In this document: positions 36,743-46,820 of the stretch, piece by piece
How positions within the stretch are numbered: the first letter of the stretch is position 1
Layout of the letters: each line of letters begins with the position of its first letter
From: a virus
Virus record (IMG/VR): IMGVR_UViG_3300032268_001078
Span: 32,001-96,000 of that record
Length of the DNA stretch: 64,000 bases
Strand: one strand, 5' to 3'
Translations under genes and position numbers: made by a program
The notes under the pieces: model-generated
Databases searched by the model: none
Told to the model about the DNA's origin: nothing
What the model saw: only the letters and a program-made list of their open reading frames with translations

Positions 36743-39733
36743 TTAAACTATTCTTATAACTTTAGCTCCACTTACAATATCTGTATATAAGTCACCTGAA
36801 CTTAGATTAGGAAAATCTGCACTTGTTGGTAAGTTTTTAATATTAACTATTGTTGCTCTATTAGCTGCTATTAATGTTGAATTTGTACTTCTATAAACAC
36901 TAAATCCACTTACTCTAGTTAAGCTAGTTCCTGTACCTACAATAAAGGCTGCTGTTAAATTACTTTCAGTATTATATTGACCTACAACTGTAGTATAACT
37001 TCCACTTGCAATTGTAGCTAAACCTTCTGCATGAGTTGCTGTTCCTTTGGCTGTTGTTTGATAACCTTCAGCGTGTGAATACATTCCTAAAGCTCTAGTT
37101 TGGTAACCTTCACTATGTGAACCACTAGCTAATGTTTCAGTGACAGTTTGAATACCTTCAGCGTGTGAAGCATTTCCTTTAGCTGTACTATAATAACCTT
37201 CAGCATGTGTATTTTCTCCATAAGCATTAGCAGCTCTACCTTCAGCATGTGAGTAGTCTCCGTCTGTTCGTGTACTACCCCCTTCAGCATGTGACCAAGC
37301 TCCATTAGCAAATGTACTAACACCTTCAACATGTGATGCATAAGCAGCTGCTACAGTGTCACACCCTTCTGAGTGTGAATGTTCACCACCAGCTGTTGTT
37401 CTATCTCCTTCAGCATGGCTATCATTACCTTCAGCATATGAACCTGTTCCTTCTGCATGTGAATAGTTTCCTCCTGCTGTATTAGCTCTACCTTCCGCAT
37501 GTGAATAGTTTCCTTTTGCTGTATTACCTAAACCTTCAGCATGAGAATAAGCTCCTGCTGCTTCATTTCCTAAACCTTGAGCGTATGAAAATATTCCACT
37601 TGCTGTTAGACGAAGACCATGTGTCATAGTAGCTCCTAAAGTAAATGAACCTGTTTTATTTCTTATTCCACCTTGTGAAGCCGGTAAACTTACATCTAAA
37701 CTACATGAAGTATGATTATCTCTTGTTGTAACTGATTGCCAATTTTCAATTGGTGGTGTAGATCCAGTATTTACTGTTACTAATACTCCATCTGAACCAC
37801 TTAATATTACATTTACTCCACTGCCTGTAAAATTCCAAACTGTAGTAGTAAGATTAACTAATGATCCACTATAATAAACACTACTTGTATTATTATAATA
37901 ATAAGATTGAGTTACATTTGTAATAGAACTAGTATAAGATTGAGTTACATTTGTAATAGAACTAGTATAAGATTGAGTTACATTTGTAATAGAACTAGTA
38001 TAAGATTGAGTTACATTTGTAATAGAACTACTGTAAATATTATTTACTACACTACTTGTATTATTAGTAATAATAATAGAACTTGTATAAAATGATTGAG
38101 ATACTGAAGATGTATAATTATTAATTGTTGTTCCTCCACCACTTCCACTAGTAACTAAAGAACTAGTAGGCATGTAAAACAATTGACCATTTGTTGGGTT
38201 TATACTAATTACATTTGGTAATACATTTACAGTTAAATCAGGCATATAAATACTTTGACTTAATCCAATAAATGTTTTATTAAAAATAGCTAAGTCTCTT
38301 CTAGCTCCACTACTTCCACTTCCATTACCAATAATAAATAAATCATTATCTTGTGGTCTATCTAAATTATAATGACCTACTACGTTCACATATGAACTAG
38401 ATGCTATTGTAAACCAACCAGCAGTGTGAGAACCATCTCCTATAGTTGTAGTATTAACACCTTCAGCATGTGAATACTGTGCTAATGTAGTTGTTCCTAA
38501 ACCTTCAGCATGAGATGAATCTGCTAATGTAGTTGTATTGTATCCTTCTGCGTGTGAATAGTTACCTGCTCCGTCTGTGCCAGATAATATTTCACCGGCT
38601 AATGTGCCATATCCTTCAGCATGAGCCCAACGTCCACTACCTCCAGTGGTTGTTTGATAACCTTCAGCATGTGAGTATTCTCCTATAGATATTGTACTGT
38701 CTCCTTCAGTGTGTGACCATGAACCTGATGATATTGTATTATATCCTTCAGCATGTGAAATACTTTTTGCTTTAGTATTTTGACCTTCAGCATGAGAATA
38801 AGCTCCTATTGCTGTAGTTTGTCTACCTTCAGCATGTGAGTAATTTCCTATAGCTGTTGTTTGATAACCTTCAGTGTGACTTGCTTCTCCTTTTGTTAAT
38901 GTTCCATAACCTTCAGCATGTGAATATTGAAAAGCTGCTGTTGTAAATGCTCCTTCAGTGTGTGAGCTTGTTGCTCCTAAAGCTACAGTTGTACCATAAC
39001 CTTCTGAGTGTCCACCATATCCTATTACTGTGGTACCTCTACCTTCAGCATGACCTTTACCACCATTTCCATGTCCACTCGGACCTCCATTTCCATCTGT
39101 TACTGTTCTATATCCTTCTGTGTGTGACCTCCAACCACCAGCAGTTGTTTCAAAGCCTTCAGCATGTGATCCATTACCTAATGCTTTAGTGGATACACCT
39201 TCAGCATGAGTTGAATCTCCCTGAGCATACGTGCTAAATCCTTTTGCGTGTGAATAATCTCCTTTTGCTTCAGTTCCACCACCTTCAGCGTGTGAATTAT
39301 CTCCTGATGCTATTGTTGAACTACCTTCAGCATGTGAATAATCTCCTGATGATACTGTTGAATTGCCTTCAGCATGACTATATTGACCACTTGCATCATT
39401 ATTATTTTTTCCATTCACCATACTTCCGGTAATAGATACAAATCCATTTTGGTTGAATGGTCCTGTATTATCTAAAGTATTACTACTTGAAATATACAAG
39501 GATCCTGAGATGATAACAGTACTGCCAGAAACAGTAAAAATGTCTCCTAATGAAAAACTACTTGTATTAAAATTAACATCTCCTATAAAAGTAGTACTTC
39601 CTGATAAAGTTATTGTAGAACCTGTAATATTAACAGCACTACCAGACATGGTAGTTGACAGGTATTGAAGATTACCGTCAGCTTCTTCCCAAGTAAGAGC
39701 ACGGTTTAGATTTTCTCTATAAATTAGTGGCAT
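36743..39733 (-). CDS. Tail fibre/adhesin-like protein with YadA-head-like SHAEG repeats
   Basis: Two arrays of ~14-aa (S)HAEG repeats; N-term ALTWEEADGN anchor motif; S/T-rich linker. Confidence 0.72.
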   Translation of the reverse strand: MPLIYRENLNRALTWEEADGNLQYLSTTMSGSAVNITGSTITLSGSTTFIGDVNFNTSSFSLGDIFTVSGSTVIISGSLYISSSNTLDNTGPFNQNGFVSITGSMVNGKNNNDASGQYSHAEGNSTVSSGDYSHAEGSSTIASGDNSHAEGGGTEAKGDYSHAKGFSTYAQGDSTHAEGVSTKALGNGSHAEGFETTAGGWRSHTEGYRTVTDGNGGPSGHGNGGKGHAEGRGTTVIGYGGHSEGYGTTVALGATSSHTEGAFTTAAFQYSHAEGYGTLTKGEASHTEGYQTTAIGNYSHAEGRQTTAIGAYSHAEGQNTKAKSISHAEGYNTISSGSWSHTEGDSTISIGEYSHAEGYQTTTGGSGRWAHAEGYGTLAGEILSGTDGAGNYSHAEGYNTTTLADSSHAEGLGTTTLAQYSHAEGVNTTTIGDGSHTAGWFTIASSSYVNVVGHYNLDRPQDNDLFIIGNGSGSSGARRDLAIFNKTFIGLSQSIYMPDLTVNVLPNVISINPTNGQLFYMPTSSLVTSGSGGGTTINNYTSSVSQSFYTSSIIITNNTSSVVNNIYSSSITNVTQSYTSSITNVTQSYTSSITNVTQSYTSSITNVTQSYYYNNTSSVYYSGSLVNLTTTVWNFTGSGVNVILSGSDGVLVTVNTGSTPPIENWQSVTTRDNHTSCSLDVSLPASQGGIRNKTGSFTLGATMTHGLRLTASGIFSYAQGLGNEAAGAYSHAEGLGNTAKGNYSHAEGRANTAGGNYSHAEGTGSYAEGNDSHAEGDRTTAGGEHSHSEGCDTVAAAYASHVEGVSTFANGAWSHAEGGSTRTDGDYSHAEGRAANAYGENTHAEGYYSTAKGNASHAEGIQTVTETLASGSHSEGYQTRALGMYSHAEGYQTTAKGTATHAEGLATIASGSYTTVVGQYNTESNLTAAFIVGTGTSLTRVSGFSVYRSTNSTLIAANRATIVNIKNLPTSADFPNLSSGDLYTDIVSGAKVIRIV
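37901..38030. repeat. 33-bp in-frame tandem repeat, ~4 copies
   Basis: ATAAGATTGAGTTACATTTGTAATAGAACTAGT starting at 37901, 37934, 37967, 38000; encodes SSITNVTQSYT. Confidence 0.95.
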
Positions 39734-39771
39734 AGTCAGTAATAAATATACCCATAATTAATTAGACTAAT

Positions 39772-39945
39772 TTAAAACTGAAATTTTTTGTTTAAAGTTT
39801 TTTTTCTACGAGTACATCCACAGTCTCGTTTTAAGATTTTTGTAAAAAACCAAGTAGTTAGAAGATCTAGTTTAGTATAATAAGTAATTAAAGCAACTAA
39901 GTCGCCTAAACCTTCTAACTTTTGTCCTGGTTGATAACGTTCCAT
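39772..39945 (-). CDS. Small hypothetical protein (DCGC motif)
   Basis: GLGDLVA...DCGC..R; start re-assigned to MERY. Confidence 0.55.
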   Translation of the reverse strand: MERYQPGQKLEGLGDLVALITYYTKLDLLTTWFFTKILKRDCGCTRRKKTLNKKFQF

Positions 39946-39956
39946 GTTAATAAATA

Positions 39957-40460
39957 TTAACGTTGTTTGTCGTTTTGGAATTGTCCGTTGTAAAGTTTGT
40001 CTTCTGTTACTGGAGTACAATCGTGGAAATACATTTGAGCTACTCTACTATTTTCTTCAATGAATATAGGATAATTTACAAACATATATGTTCCTACATT
40101 ATTTGTTTGAAATCCTGGATCAAAAATACTTGATTGGATTAATGCTCCATTTCTCATCAATGAACTTCTTTGACGAATTAAACCTACTCTATTTGGTGCT
40201 ATATTACAACCTTCATTCATGATTACATCATAAACTCCAGCATATAATAACCATCCAAAACGACCATCAATCATTTGTTTTTCTACTCCAACGTGTTGAT
40301 TTACTTCAGTTTTGTCTTTCAAAACTTTACCTACTCTTCCACCAACTTGATTGATTGCTTTAATTGATAAGTCAAAGCCTACTTGAGCTGGTTTACCATG
40401 TGAATTACTATCTAAAGTAATTAGACCTTCTTCTAATATTTGATCTGCGTTTAATATCAT
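39957..40460 (-). CDS. dCTP deaminase/dUTPase family protein
   Basis: GFDL, RSSLMR.G, DPGF, RVAQM motifs. Confidence 0.8.
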   Translation of the reverse strand: MILNADQILEEGLITLDSNSHGKPAQVGFDLSIKAINQVGGRVGKVLKDKTEVNQHVGVEKQMIDGRFGWLLYAGVYDVIMNEGCNIAPNRVGLIRQRSSLMRNGALIQSSIFDPGFQTNNVGTYMFVNYPIFIEENSRVAQMYFHDCTPVTEDKLYNGQFQNDKQR

Positions 40461-41188
40461 ATTTCTTTATTTTTGTTTTTATAATAATTTTTATTTAGAT
40501 ATTTGTAATCACTTTTTTCATCTTTAAGTAATTTGAACATTTTAGTGATACCTATATTATTACTTAATCTACATTCTTTAACTGAGTTATAAGTAGTGTT
40601 AGTACTTATTTTTAAAACTTGGTTTCCTGTTTTTGGACCAGCTCCTAATTTTGGTATTCCTTTTCCACCAGCTCCTGGTTTTGGTTTTCCTTTTTGTTTT
40701 AAATCAGGTTTTCCTTTTCTTTTACTGGGGATTCCTGTTTTTACTATGCTTAGATTTTTACAATGTTCTTCAGTTTTTTTCTTTCCGGTTAATTTTTTAC
40801 TTACATTAGGTTTTTTAGAGTTTCTTTGAGCAATACTAGCCGCGTCTGAATGTGTTCCTGTTCTAGATTCAGTTATTTTTGATCCTCTATTTAAGTATTT
40901 TTCTGTTTTTGTAGGTCCATTAATACTTCCAAAACTTTTATTAGTTTTATTGTAAAACAAACCATTATTAGCCGCGTCGTAATACTCTAACCAATAAATT
41001 TCTCTTTCATTTAAATGTTTCAAATCGATACAATGTTCTAATATTTCTTTTTTAAAATTATGTTTACCAATTTTTTTTAAAGCTTTTTTAAACTCCGTAC
41101 CACCACCATAATAAGAAGAAATATTGTTTCTGTCTTTTCCTAGGTATTTCATACCATCAATCAAATTAGTTGTTATGTAAATAATCAT
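40457..41188 (-). mobile_element. Free-standing GIY-YIG homing endonuclease with NUMOD3-type repeats
   Basis: IYITTN...KYLGK, YYGGG, RE.YW, FYN; basic KGKP repeats. Confidence 0.82.
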
Positions 41189-41229
41189 ACATTAATAAAT
41201 ATGAAACACCTAGTAGAGTGACAAAAATA

Positions 41230-41925
41230 TTAGTAAAGAAGTTTATGAGAAGAAGCCATGTCAATTGATTTAAAATATTCAGCTCTAACTTCTGCTTTAT
41301 CCATAAATACTCCTGTTAAGTGATTAGTAACCATTGCTGAACCTACATGATTTGTTCCTCTACAACTAACACATTGGTGTTCTCCAACAATAGTTACTGC
41401 TACCCCAATATTACCCTCACATACATTATCAACAGCATTGTGAATAGCCATTGTAAGTTGTTCTTGAATAGCACCTCTTCTCCCAAAATGCTCTACAAGA
41501 CGATTTAGTTTACTTAAACCAATTACTTTAGCATCTGGTCCAGGAATGTAAGCGATATGTACTCTTCCTAAAATAGTTTCATGATGATGTGAACACATTG
41601 ATGTTAATGGTATGTTTGTTTGAACTACCATTCCTTGGTATCCATCACTTGGAAAAGCAGTTATTGATGGAGGAGCATCATATCTTCCTCTCCATTGTTC
41701 AAAAACATACTTTTTCGCGATACGACGAGGAGTGTCACTACTATTAGGATCGTTTTCCCAATCACAACCTAATGCTGTCAAAAATTGACCATAAGCTTCT
41801 GCTGCTTTATCTACCATAGCCCATTTTTCTTTTTCAGTAAATGGAAAGCCGGGCGCTATTCCATTTGCATAACCTTGTTTTACTACTTCTAAATCAAGTG
41901 TAAAAGTTTTCTTATTATTTGTCAT
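41230..41925 (-). CDS. folE: GTP cyclohydrolase I
   Basis: TPRR.AK, SMCSHH, GLSKLNR, IQEQLT, HQCVSCRG. Confidence 0.93.
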   Translation of the reverse strand: MTNNKKTFTLDLEVVKQGYANGIAPGFPFTEKEKWAMVDKAAEAYGQFLTALGCDWENDPNSSDTPRRIAKKYVFEQWRGRYDAPPSITAFPSDGYQGMVVQTNIPLTSMCSHHHETILGRVHIAYIPGPDAKVIGLSKLNRLVEHFGRRGAIQEQLTMAIHNAVDNVCEGNIGVAVTIVGEHQCVSCRGTNHVGSAMVTNHLTGVFMDKAEVRAEYFKSIDMASSHKLLY

Positions 41926-42100
41926 TGTTTTTGATTTTTTTTTCTGTTTCTAAAATTCGTTTTGATGTTGTTGATGCTAAAGTAAATATTTGTATCCACA
42001 ATTTATCAATTTCTCTTCTTTGTTTATCTATAATATAACCAAAATAACATAAAATCCCAAAAATTACTGCTAAAATTATATATAAGATTGTTAATGTCAT
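41915..42100 (-). CDS. Small membrane-anchored protein
   Basis: N-terminal TM helix then coiled coil. Confidence 0.5.
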   Translation of the reverse strand: MTLTILYIILAVIFGILCYFGYIIDKQRREIDKLWIQIFTLASTTSKRILETEKKIKNNDK

Positions 42101-42498
42101 AATTTTTCTGGTGGTGTGTTAAATATTCTTTTTACTTGTTCTGATATTGAAATAGGCTGTCCTTCATTATCAACTCTAACAAAAGTCATCTTAGTGGCTA
42201 ATAATACAACTTCATCTGCTCTAAAAACATTGTATGCTCTTGCTTCTACTTTAAATGTAGCTGATGTATTTCCTATTTTAGATAATTCAGCATATATCTT
42301 AACTAGATTGTTTTCTTTAGCTGGTTTTTTAAATACACATTCATCAATAGCCATTGTGATCATATTTTGTGTTCGACATTTTTCCATAGCATAAGCAGCT
42401 ACAGCAGAGTCTAACCATGCTAAAAGTACTCCTCCAAATAAATTACCGTGGAAACCTAAGTCTGATTTTTTAACTGGGTGTGTTGATAGTAAATCCAT
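42097..42498 (-). CDS. Acyl-CoA thioesterase (hotdog fold)
   Basis: D..FHGNLFGG.LL.WLD motif; FV.VD..G.P. Confidence 0.85.
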   Translation of the reverse strand: MDLLSTHPVKKSDLGFHGNLFGGVLLAWLDSAVAAYAMEKCRTQNMITMAIDECVFKKPAKENNLVKIYAELSKIGNTSATFKVEARAYNVFRADEVVLLATKMTFVRVDNEGQPISISEQVKRIFNTPPEKL

Positions 42499-43292
42499 TA
42501 AACTGCTCTTTTAGTATCGTATGATATAATATGATCTCTACCAGTCCAATTGTATCCCATTTCAAATGCTTTTTCTAAACTAATTGGATACTGTTTAATC
42601 AATTCTTCTCTGTTATCACCAGCTGGCATTAACCATGTTTTATTTTTAGGAATGTTGTGTTTTATTCTAAACTCTTCAATTTCTTGAATATTTTCTTCTG
42701 TTCCGTCGTAAACTGGTTTGTAATGATAATCTGAATGGTAAGCTAGAGTTTTACTAATTGCGTCATGATTTAAACGTAATTTGTTATGTTGGTCAATCAT
42801 CTTTTGATCAACGAGTTTACCCATTGGTGTAGTGACGTCAATTTTAGGTACAGAGTTACTAAACTTAGGGCTAAGAGATACCAACCCAAATGGATAATCT
42901 GTTTCAATAAAATGGCTGCCTTCTGTTTCAATAGTTATAAATATACCTCTTTCGTTAGCAAAGTGAGTTAATTCATTACAAAGATCAGGTTGCATTGTTG
43001 GTGAACCACCCGTTAACATCATTTCAGTAATTGTTGGATTTTCATCATAAATTTTGATGATATCATTAAATGTGTAAGTTCCTTTACCTGGATGAATACT
43101 TGTGTACCAAGAATCACACCAGCCTCCAGCACCAAACCAACAACGATGTGTACATCCAGTTGTTCTAATAGCTACTGTTGGTCTACCTTGTCTTGAACCC
43201 TCACTTTGAATACAAGTGTAGAGTTCAAGAATTGGTAAAGTTTTATTATAATCAGTAATTCTACCTGGTTTTTTAATTTCTGTCATAAGCAT
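42498..43292 (-). CDS. queE: 7-carboxy-7-deazaguanine synthase (radical SAM)
   Basis: IQSEG..QG, GCTHRC...WCDS, TGGSP, IETEG, SPK. Confidence 0.9.
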   Translation of the reverse strand: MLMTEIKKPGRITDYNKTLPILELYTCIQSEGSRQGRPTVAIRTTGCTHRCWFGAGGWCDSWYTSIHPGKGTYTFNDIIKIYDENPTITEMMLTGGSPTMQPDLCNELTHFANERGIFITIETEGSHFIETDYPFGLVSLSPKFSNSVPKIDVTTPMGKLVDQKMIDQHNKLRLNHDAISKTLAYHSDYHYKPVYDGTEENIQEIEEFRIKHNIPKNKTWLMPAGDNREELIKQYPISLEKAFEMGYNWTGRDHIISYDTKRAV

Positions 43293-43515
43293 CTTGTAGT
43301 GTCTGTAATGTTGTTATTCCAACGTTTTTCCATACTTCTACTCCATCTTTTAACAAGATAGTTGTAGGTACAGCTTTTATTCCATATGATACCGCTGTAT
43401 CTATATCGATAGTTATATCTATTTTTTCAACAGGTACATTTAATGTACTGATTATTGGTCCGTAAGTCCTACAAGGTCCACATGTAGGAGATGTAAAATA
43501 TATAAATTTTTTCAT
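43273..43515 (-). CDS. Thioredoxin
   Basis: CGPC active site; VPT. Confidence 0.85.
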   Translation of the reverse strand: MKKFIYFTSPTCGPCRTYGPIISTLNVPVEKIDITIDIDTAVSYGIKAVPTTILLKDGVEVWKNVGITTLQTLQDAYDRN

Positions 43516-43522
43516 TTTCTAT

Positions 43523-43551
43523 AATATAATTAATTTTGTTTAAATTTCCAA
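43523..43551 (-). promoter_or_regulatory. Sigma70-type promoter
   Basis: TTGGAA-N17-TATATT, 7 nt before ATG. Confidence 0.6.
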
Positions 43552-44096
43552 ATAAAACCATATGCTGTTGGTTGTTTTCCTCTACAAACAGCCCCAACAC
43601 CATCACTATTAGGTTTTTTCATAAATACTTGTGCTTGAATTTGTGATTCAAATTCTCTAATAAAAGTTCCATTTAAATCATATTGTATGACTGGTGTTTG
43701 TGACCATGTATTTTTTCTTTCTTTTAAATGACTTCGTTTTAATTTTATTTTACTTTTATGTTCATCACTAAATAATTTTCCTTTATGAGATTTTGATTTA
43801 CCTTTAGTTTTTTTACTAATTTTTTGATTTCGTTCATTAGTGAATGTAATAGTAGTTGATCCTCCACCACCAAAATTTTTATTTTCTAAAATAAATCCCC
43901 AACTTCTATATAAAAATATATAATGACTTTCCCAAAATTTCCATTCATTTAATGATACTTCATCTATTATTTCAAATTGAATGTTTTTACCAAATTTTTT
44001 ACGATGATCTCCTTTTCTACCTTGAATAGAATTGGTTTTACCTATGTAAAATGGTATTTTATTTCCATTATGTAAATAGTAGATAAAGGTGTTCAT
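43530..44096 (-). mobile_element. GIY-YIG homing endonuclease-like protein with NUMOD domains
   Basis: FIYYL...FYIGKT, WE..YI, LEN; C-term VIQYDLNG.FIREF. Confidence 0.78.
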
Positions 44097-44098
44097 AA

Positions 44099-44563
44099 TT
44101 ATCCTTTGTAAATTGCTGTATTTTTTTCGTGTTCTCTAAATTCAACTTGAGTTACTTTAACTCTACCTTCTGTTTCTAGTTGAACAAAATTATTTAGTTT
44201 ATTGTAAAAATATTCAGCAAAACGTTCTGCTCCTACTGATGGAATAATTCTTAATTGGATTATACCAGACTCGTGCATTTGCATAAATAGAGGTAAGTAA
44301 GGATCATCTTCAGCTACAATAGTTGTATGATCAAGCATATAATCCATCCATACTTTAGGATTCATACCATCAATAGTACCTTTAGCTCTTTTCATTCCTC
44401 CGAAGTCCCAAACCCAATTACGCTCATCAAGTTCACCTTCAAACCATACTCTAAAACTTACTGCATAACCATGCAAAAATTTACAGTGAGTATCTTCTGC
44501 TTTCCATTGTCTAAAACAAGCAGAATATCCATCAAATAACTTTGTTGATTTAAATGTTTTCAT
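44099..44563 (-). CDS. queD: 6-carboxy-5,6,7,8-tetrahydropterin synthase
   Basis: HCKFLHGY, DFG, LDH, AE, E.EKN.A. Confidence 0.9.
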   Translation of the reverse strand: MKTFKSTKLFDGYSACFRQWKAEDTHCKFLHGYAVSFRVWFEGELDERNWVWDFGGMKRAKGTIDGMNPKVWMDYMLDHTTIVAEDDPYLPLFMQMHESGIIQLRIIPSVGAERFAEYFYNKLNNFVQLETEGRVKVTQVEFREHEKNTAIYKG

Positions 44564-44569
44564 ATTAAT

Positions 44570-44598
44570 AATATAATAAAATTTATTTTAAAAACCAA
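44570..44598 (-). promoter_or_regulatory. Sigma70-type promoter
   Basis: TTGGTT-N17-TATATT, 6 nt before queD ATG. Confidence 0.7.
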
Positions 44599-45232
44599 AA
44601 GCTTTAATAGTATAATCAAAAGGATTTCCTTCAATGTTTTTAACTTGATCTAACATCATTTGTGCTAATTCTCTTACTTCAACTTGAGCGTGTTCACTGT
44701 TTCTTAACTGTTGAAAATGCGCAAAACTACGCCAGTTAAACATAATATCCATTGTTATTTGACTATTAAATGTCTTAAAAAACCTAGCTGATTCTTTCGC
44801 GCGTTTTCTACCTAGTATAGGAGTTAAATCTTTTAAACAATCATGATATAATTTATTAGCTCTTTTTGTATGAGTAGATAAAATATACAACCATTTATCT
44901 TCAACTTCTGTAGTTTTTATATCTTCCCAATCTTCAGGTAAATAAAAATTATCTTCTTTTAGCTCTTTATATCTAGCACTTTCACCATTAATACTAACTC
45001 CAATTCTGTGTTTTAGTAAATGAATATGAGTTGCTTGATCTACTGTAACTAAAAAATGTAAACTAGACTTTTCAAAAGGTGTGTGATGACCTTCTTTAGC
45101 TAACATCTCCAATAATTTAGGAACTCTATTTATTTTATCTTCATTTAAATCTCTAGATGTACTAGTCCATGCCGAACATGCATGAACTAAATCGTCTCCA
45201 TAATGTCCCAATAATTCTACTTTGTTTTTCAT
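44588..45232 (-). CDS. thyX: FAD-dependent thymidylate synthase
   Basis: GHHTPFE, HLLKHR...SxNxESARY, NWRS..HF..LR, HAQ.EVR. Confidence 0.9.
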   Translation of the reverse strand: MKNKVELLGHYGDDLVHACSAWTSTSRDLNEDKINRVPKLLEMLAKEGHHTPFEKSSLHFLVTVDQATHIHLLKHRIGVSINGESARYKELKEDNFYLPEDWEDIKTTEVEDKWLYILSTHTKRANKLYHDCLKDLTPILGRKRAKESARFFKTFNSQITMDIMFNWRSFAHFQQLRNSEHAQVEVRELAQMMLDQVKNIEGNPFDYTIKAFGF

Positions 45233-45236
45233 AATT

Positions 45237-45425
45237 TTAACCTTGTTTTGTTCCTAATGCCCAAACTGATTGTGGAAATAATTCTTTTCTCAGTTTTAAT
45301 ATAATGTCTCTTTTTTCTTGAAATTTATCCCCATAATAAGGATGATATCCATTTAAAACTTCTTTTGTTATTTCATAATCTAATTTAGCTATTAAAGCCA
45401 TTTTTTCTATTCTTTCTTTATCCAT
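45237..45425 (-). CDS. Hypothetical protein
   Basis: ORF; start uncertain. Confidence 0.45.
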   Translation of the reverse strand: MDKERIEKMALIAKLDYEITKEVLNGYHPYYGDKFQEKRDIILKLRKELFPQSVWALGTKQG

Positions 45426-45441
45426 TATTATAGTAATATCT

Positions 45442-46149
45442 TTAAAAATAACCAACGTCTTTATAAAAGTAATTAAGATTTTTTCTATTTTTATAGTTAT
45501 TTAATAATAATTTTATCATTTTTCCATAACCATATCTTTTAAATCTTCTATTATTTTGAGTAATTAAATCTGGTATTAATAAAAATCTTGATGGTTTTAC
45601 TTGACGACTTAAAAGCCAATCTTCAGATTGAGTTGCTTTTTCATCATATCCTCCTAGTTTTTTAAAAACATCTTTTTTAACTAATGTGAAACCACCAATA
45701 GCAAATGGTTGGGTTTTAGAAAGATACCAAGTTATTAATAAGTTTATACGAAATAATAGCCAAGCTCTAACATCAAATTCTCCTTTATACCATGGAGTAG
45801 TACCCACCATGTCAATTGGTCTATTATATATACTATCAAACGCTGTTTTGATTGACTGTCTATCTGTAAAAGTGATATCTGCATCTAAAAATAAGATATA
45901 AGGTGTTTTTACTAATTTAGCTCCTGCATTTCTTCCTATTGCTGGAAGTCCTCCATCTATTATTTTTAAATTTAAATCAAGTTCAAAAGCATAAGTATTA
46001 GCTAATACTCTAGTTCTATCTGTAGATTTAGCATCAGCAAGAATAATTAAAGTATTTCCAATATTTTGTTGTTTTAATTCTAAAAATAATTGTTTAATGT
46101 TTTCTTCTTCGTTTTTACAAGGAATAACAATAGTTAAGATTTTTTCCAT
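45442..46149 (-). CDS. GT2 family glycosyltransferase
   Basis: VIPCKNEE, DAKSTD, RNAGA, FLDAD, GGYDE, ED. Confidence 0.85.
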   Translation of the reverse strand: MEKILTIVIPCKNEEENIKQLFLELKQQNIGNTLIILADAKSTDRTRVLANTYAFELDLNLKIIDGGLPAIGRNAGAKLVKTPYILFLDADITFTDRQSIKTAFDSIYNRPIDMVGTTPWYKGEFDVRAWLLFRINLLITWYLSKTQPFAIGGFTLVKKDVFKKLGGYDEKATQSEDWLLSRQVKPSRFLLIPDLITQNNRRFKRYGYGKMIKLLLNNYKNRKNLNYFYKDVGYF

Positions 46150-46820
46150 AATTTTAAAGTATTATATTCTGAGTAGTATGTTATATGAGAACAATTTTCA
46201 ACCCAATCTCCACAATTCATATAACGAATACCATCAATCACTTTATCAGAAGGTGAATGAATATGACCACAAACTACTGTATGACAGTTTCTTTTTTTAG
46301 CTTGTCTTACCATTTCATTTTCAAAATCAACCATAAATGAAATAGCAGCTTTAATATTGTCTTTTAAAAACTTAGATAAACTTTTTTTCTTACCGAATTT
46401 TTTTAAGAATCTATCAATTACAATTGCAAGATCATACCCTAAAGATCCAAGCATACCAAGCCAATGCATTTGAACAATACCGTCGTACTTATCCCCATGA
46501 CAGAACCAGATTCCATCTTCTACATACTCATCTACAACTGTAATATTACCAATTTCTAAAGGTGTGTATTTTCTTAAAAATTCATCATGGTTTCCAGAAA
46601 TCCAAATAATTTGTTTGTCTTTTGAAAGTTTTAGAAATCTTCGAATAACTCTAGTTTGATTATAATCAAACTTTTTGTATTTTTTAAATAACCATCCGTC
46701 GATAATATCACCAACTAAAATGTATCTTTCATAACTTTCATCTTCAAGTAAACGTAGAACGTTTTCTGCTTGACATCCTTTTGATCCAACATGGATGTCT
46801 GATATTACTAGTGTTTTCAT
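46134..46820 (-). CDS. LpxH-like calcineurin-fold metallophosphoesterase
   Basis: SDIH, GDIID, GNHD, HGD, CGHIH, NCGDW. Confidence 0.85.
   Translation of the reverse strand: MKTLVISDIHVGSKGCQAENVLRLLEDESYERYILVGDIIDGWLFKKYKKFDYNQTRVIRRFLKLSKDKQIIWISGNHDEFLRKYTPLEIGNITVVDEYVEDGIWFCHGDKYDGIVQMHWLGMLGSLGYDLAIVIDRFLKKFGKKKSLSKFLKDNIKAAISFMVDFENEMVRQAKKRNCHTVVCGHIHSPSDKVIDGIRYMNCGDWVENCSHITYYSEYNTLKLWKKS

Noticed and set aside
37901-38030. 33-bp repeats as a CRISPR array
   Set aside because: Head-to-tail with no spacers and in frame within a CDS
45427-45455. TTGGTT-N17-TATAAT match before the 45425 ORF
   Set aside because: The -10 box sits 1 nt from the ATG, so +1 would fall inside the gene; valid only if translation starts at a later Met
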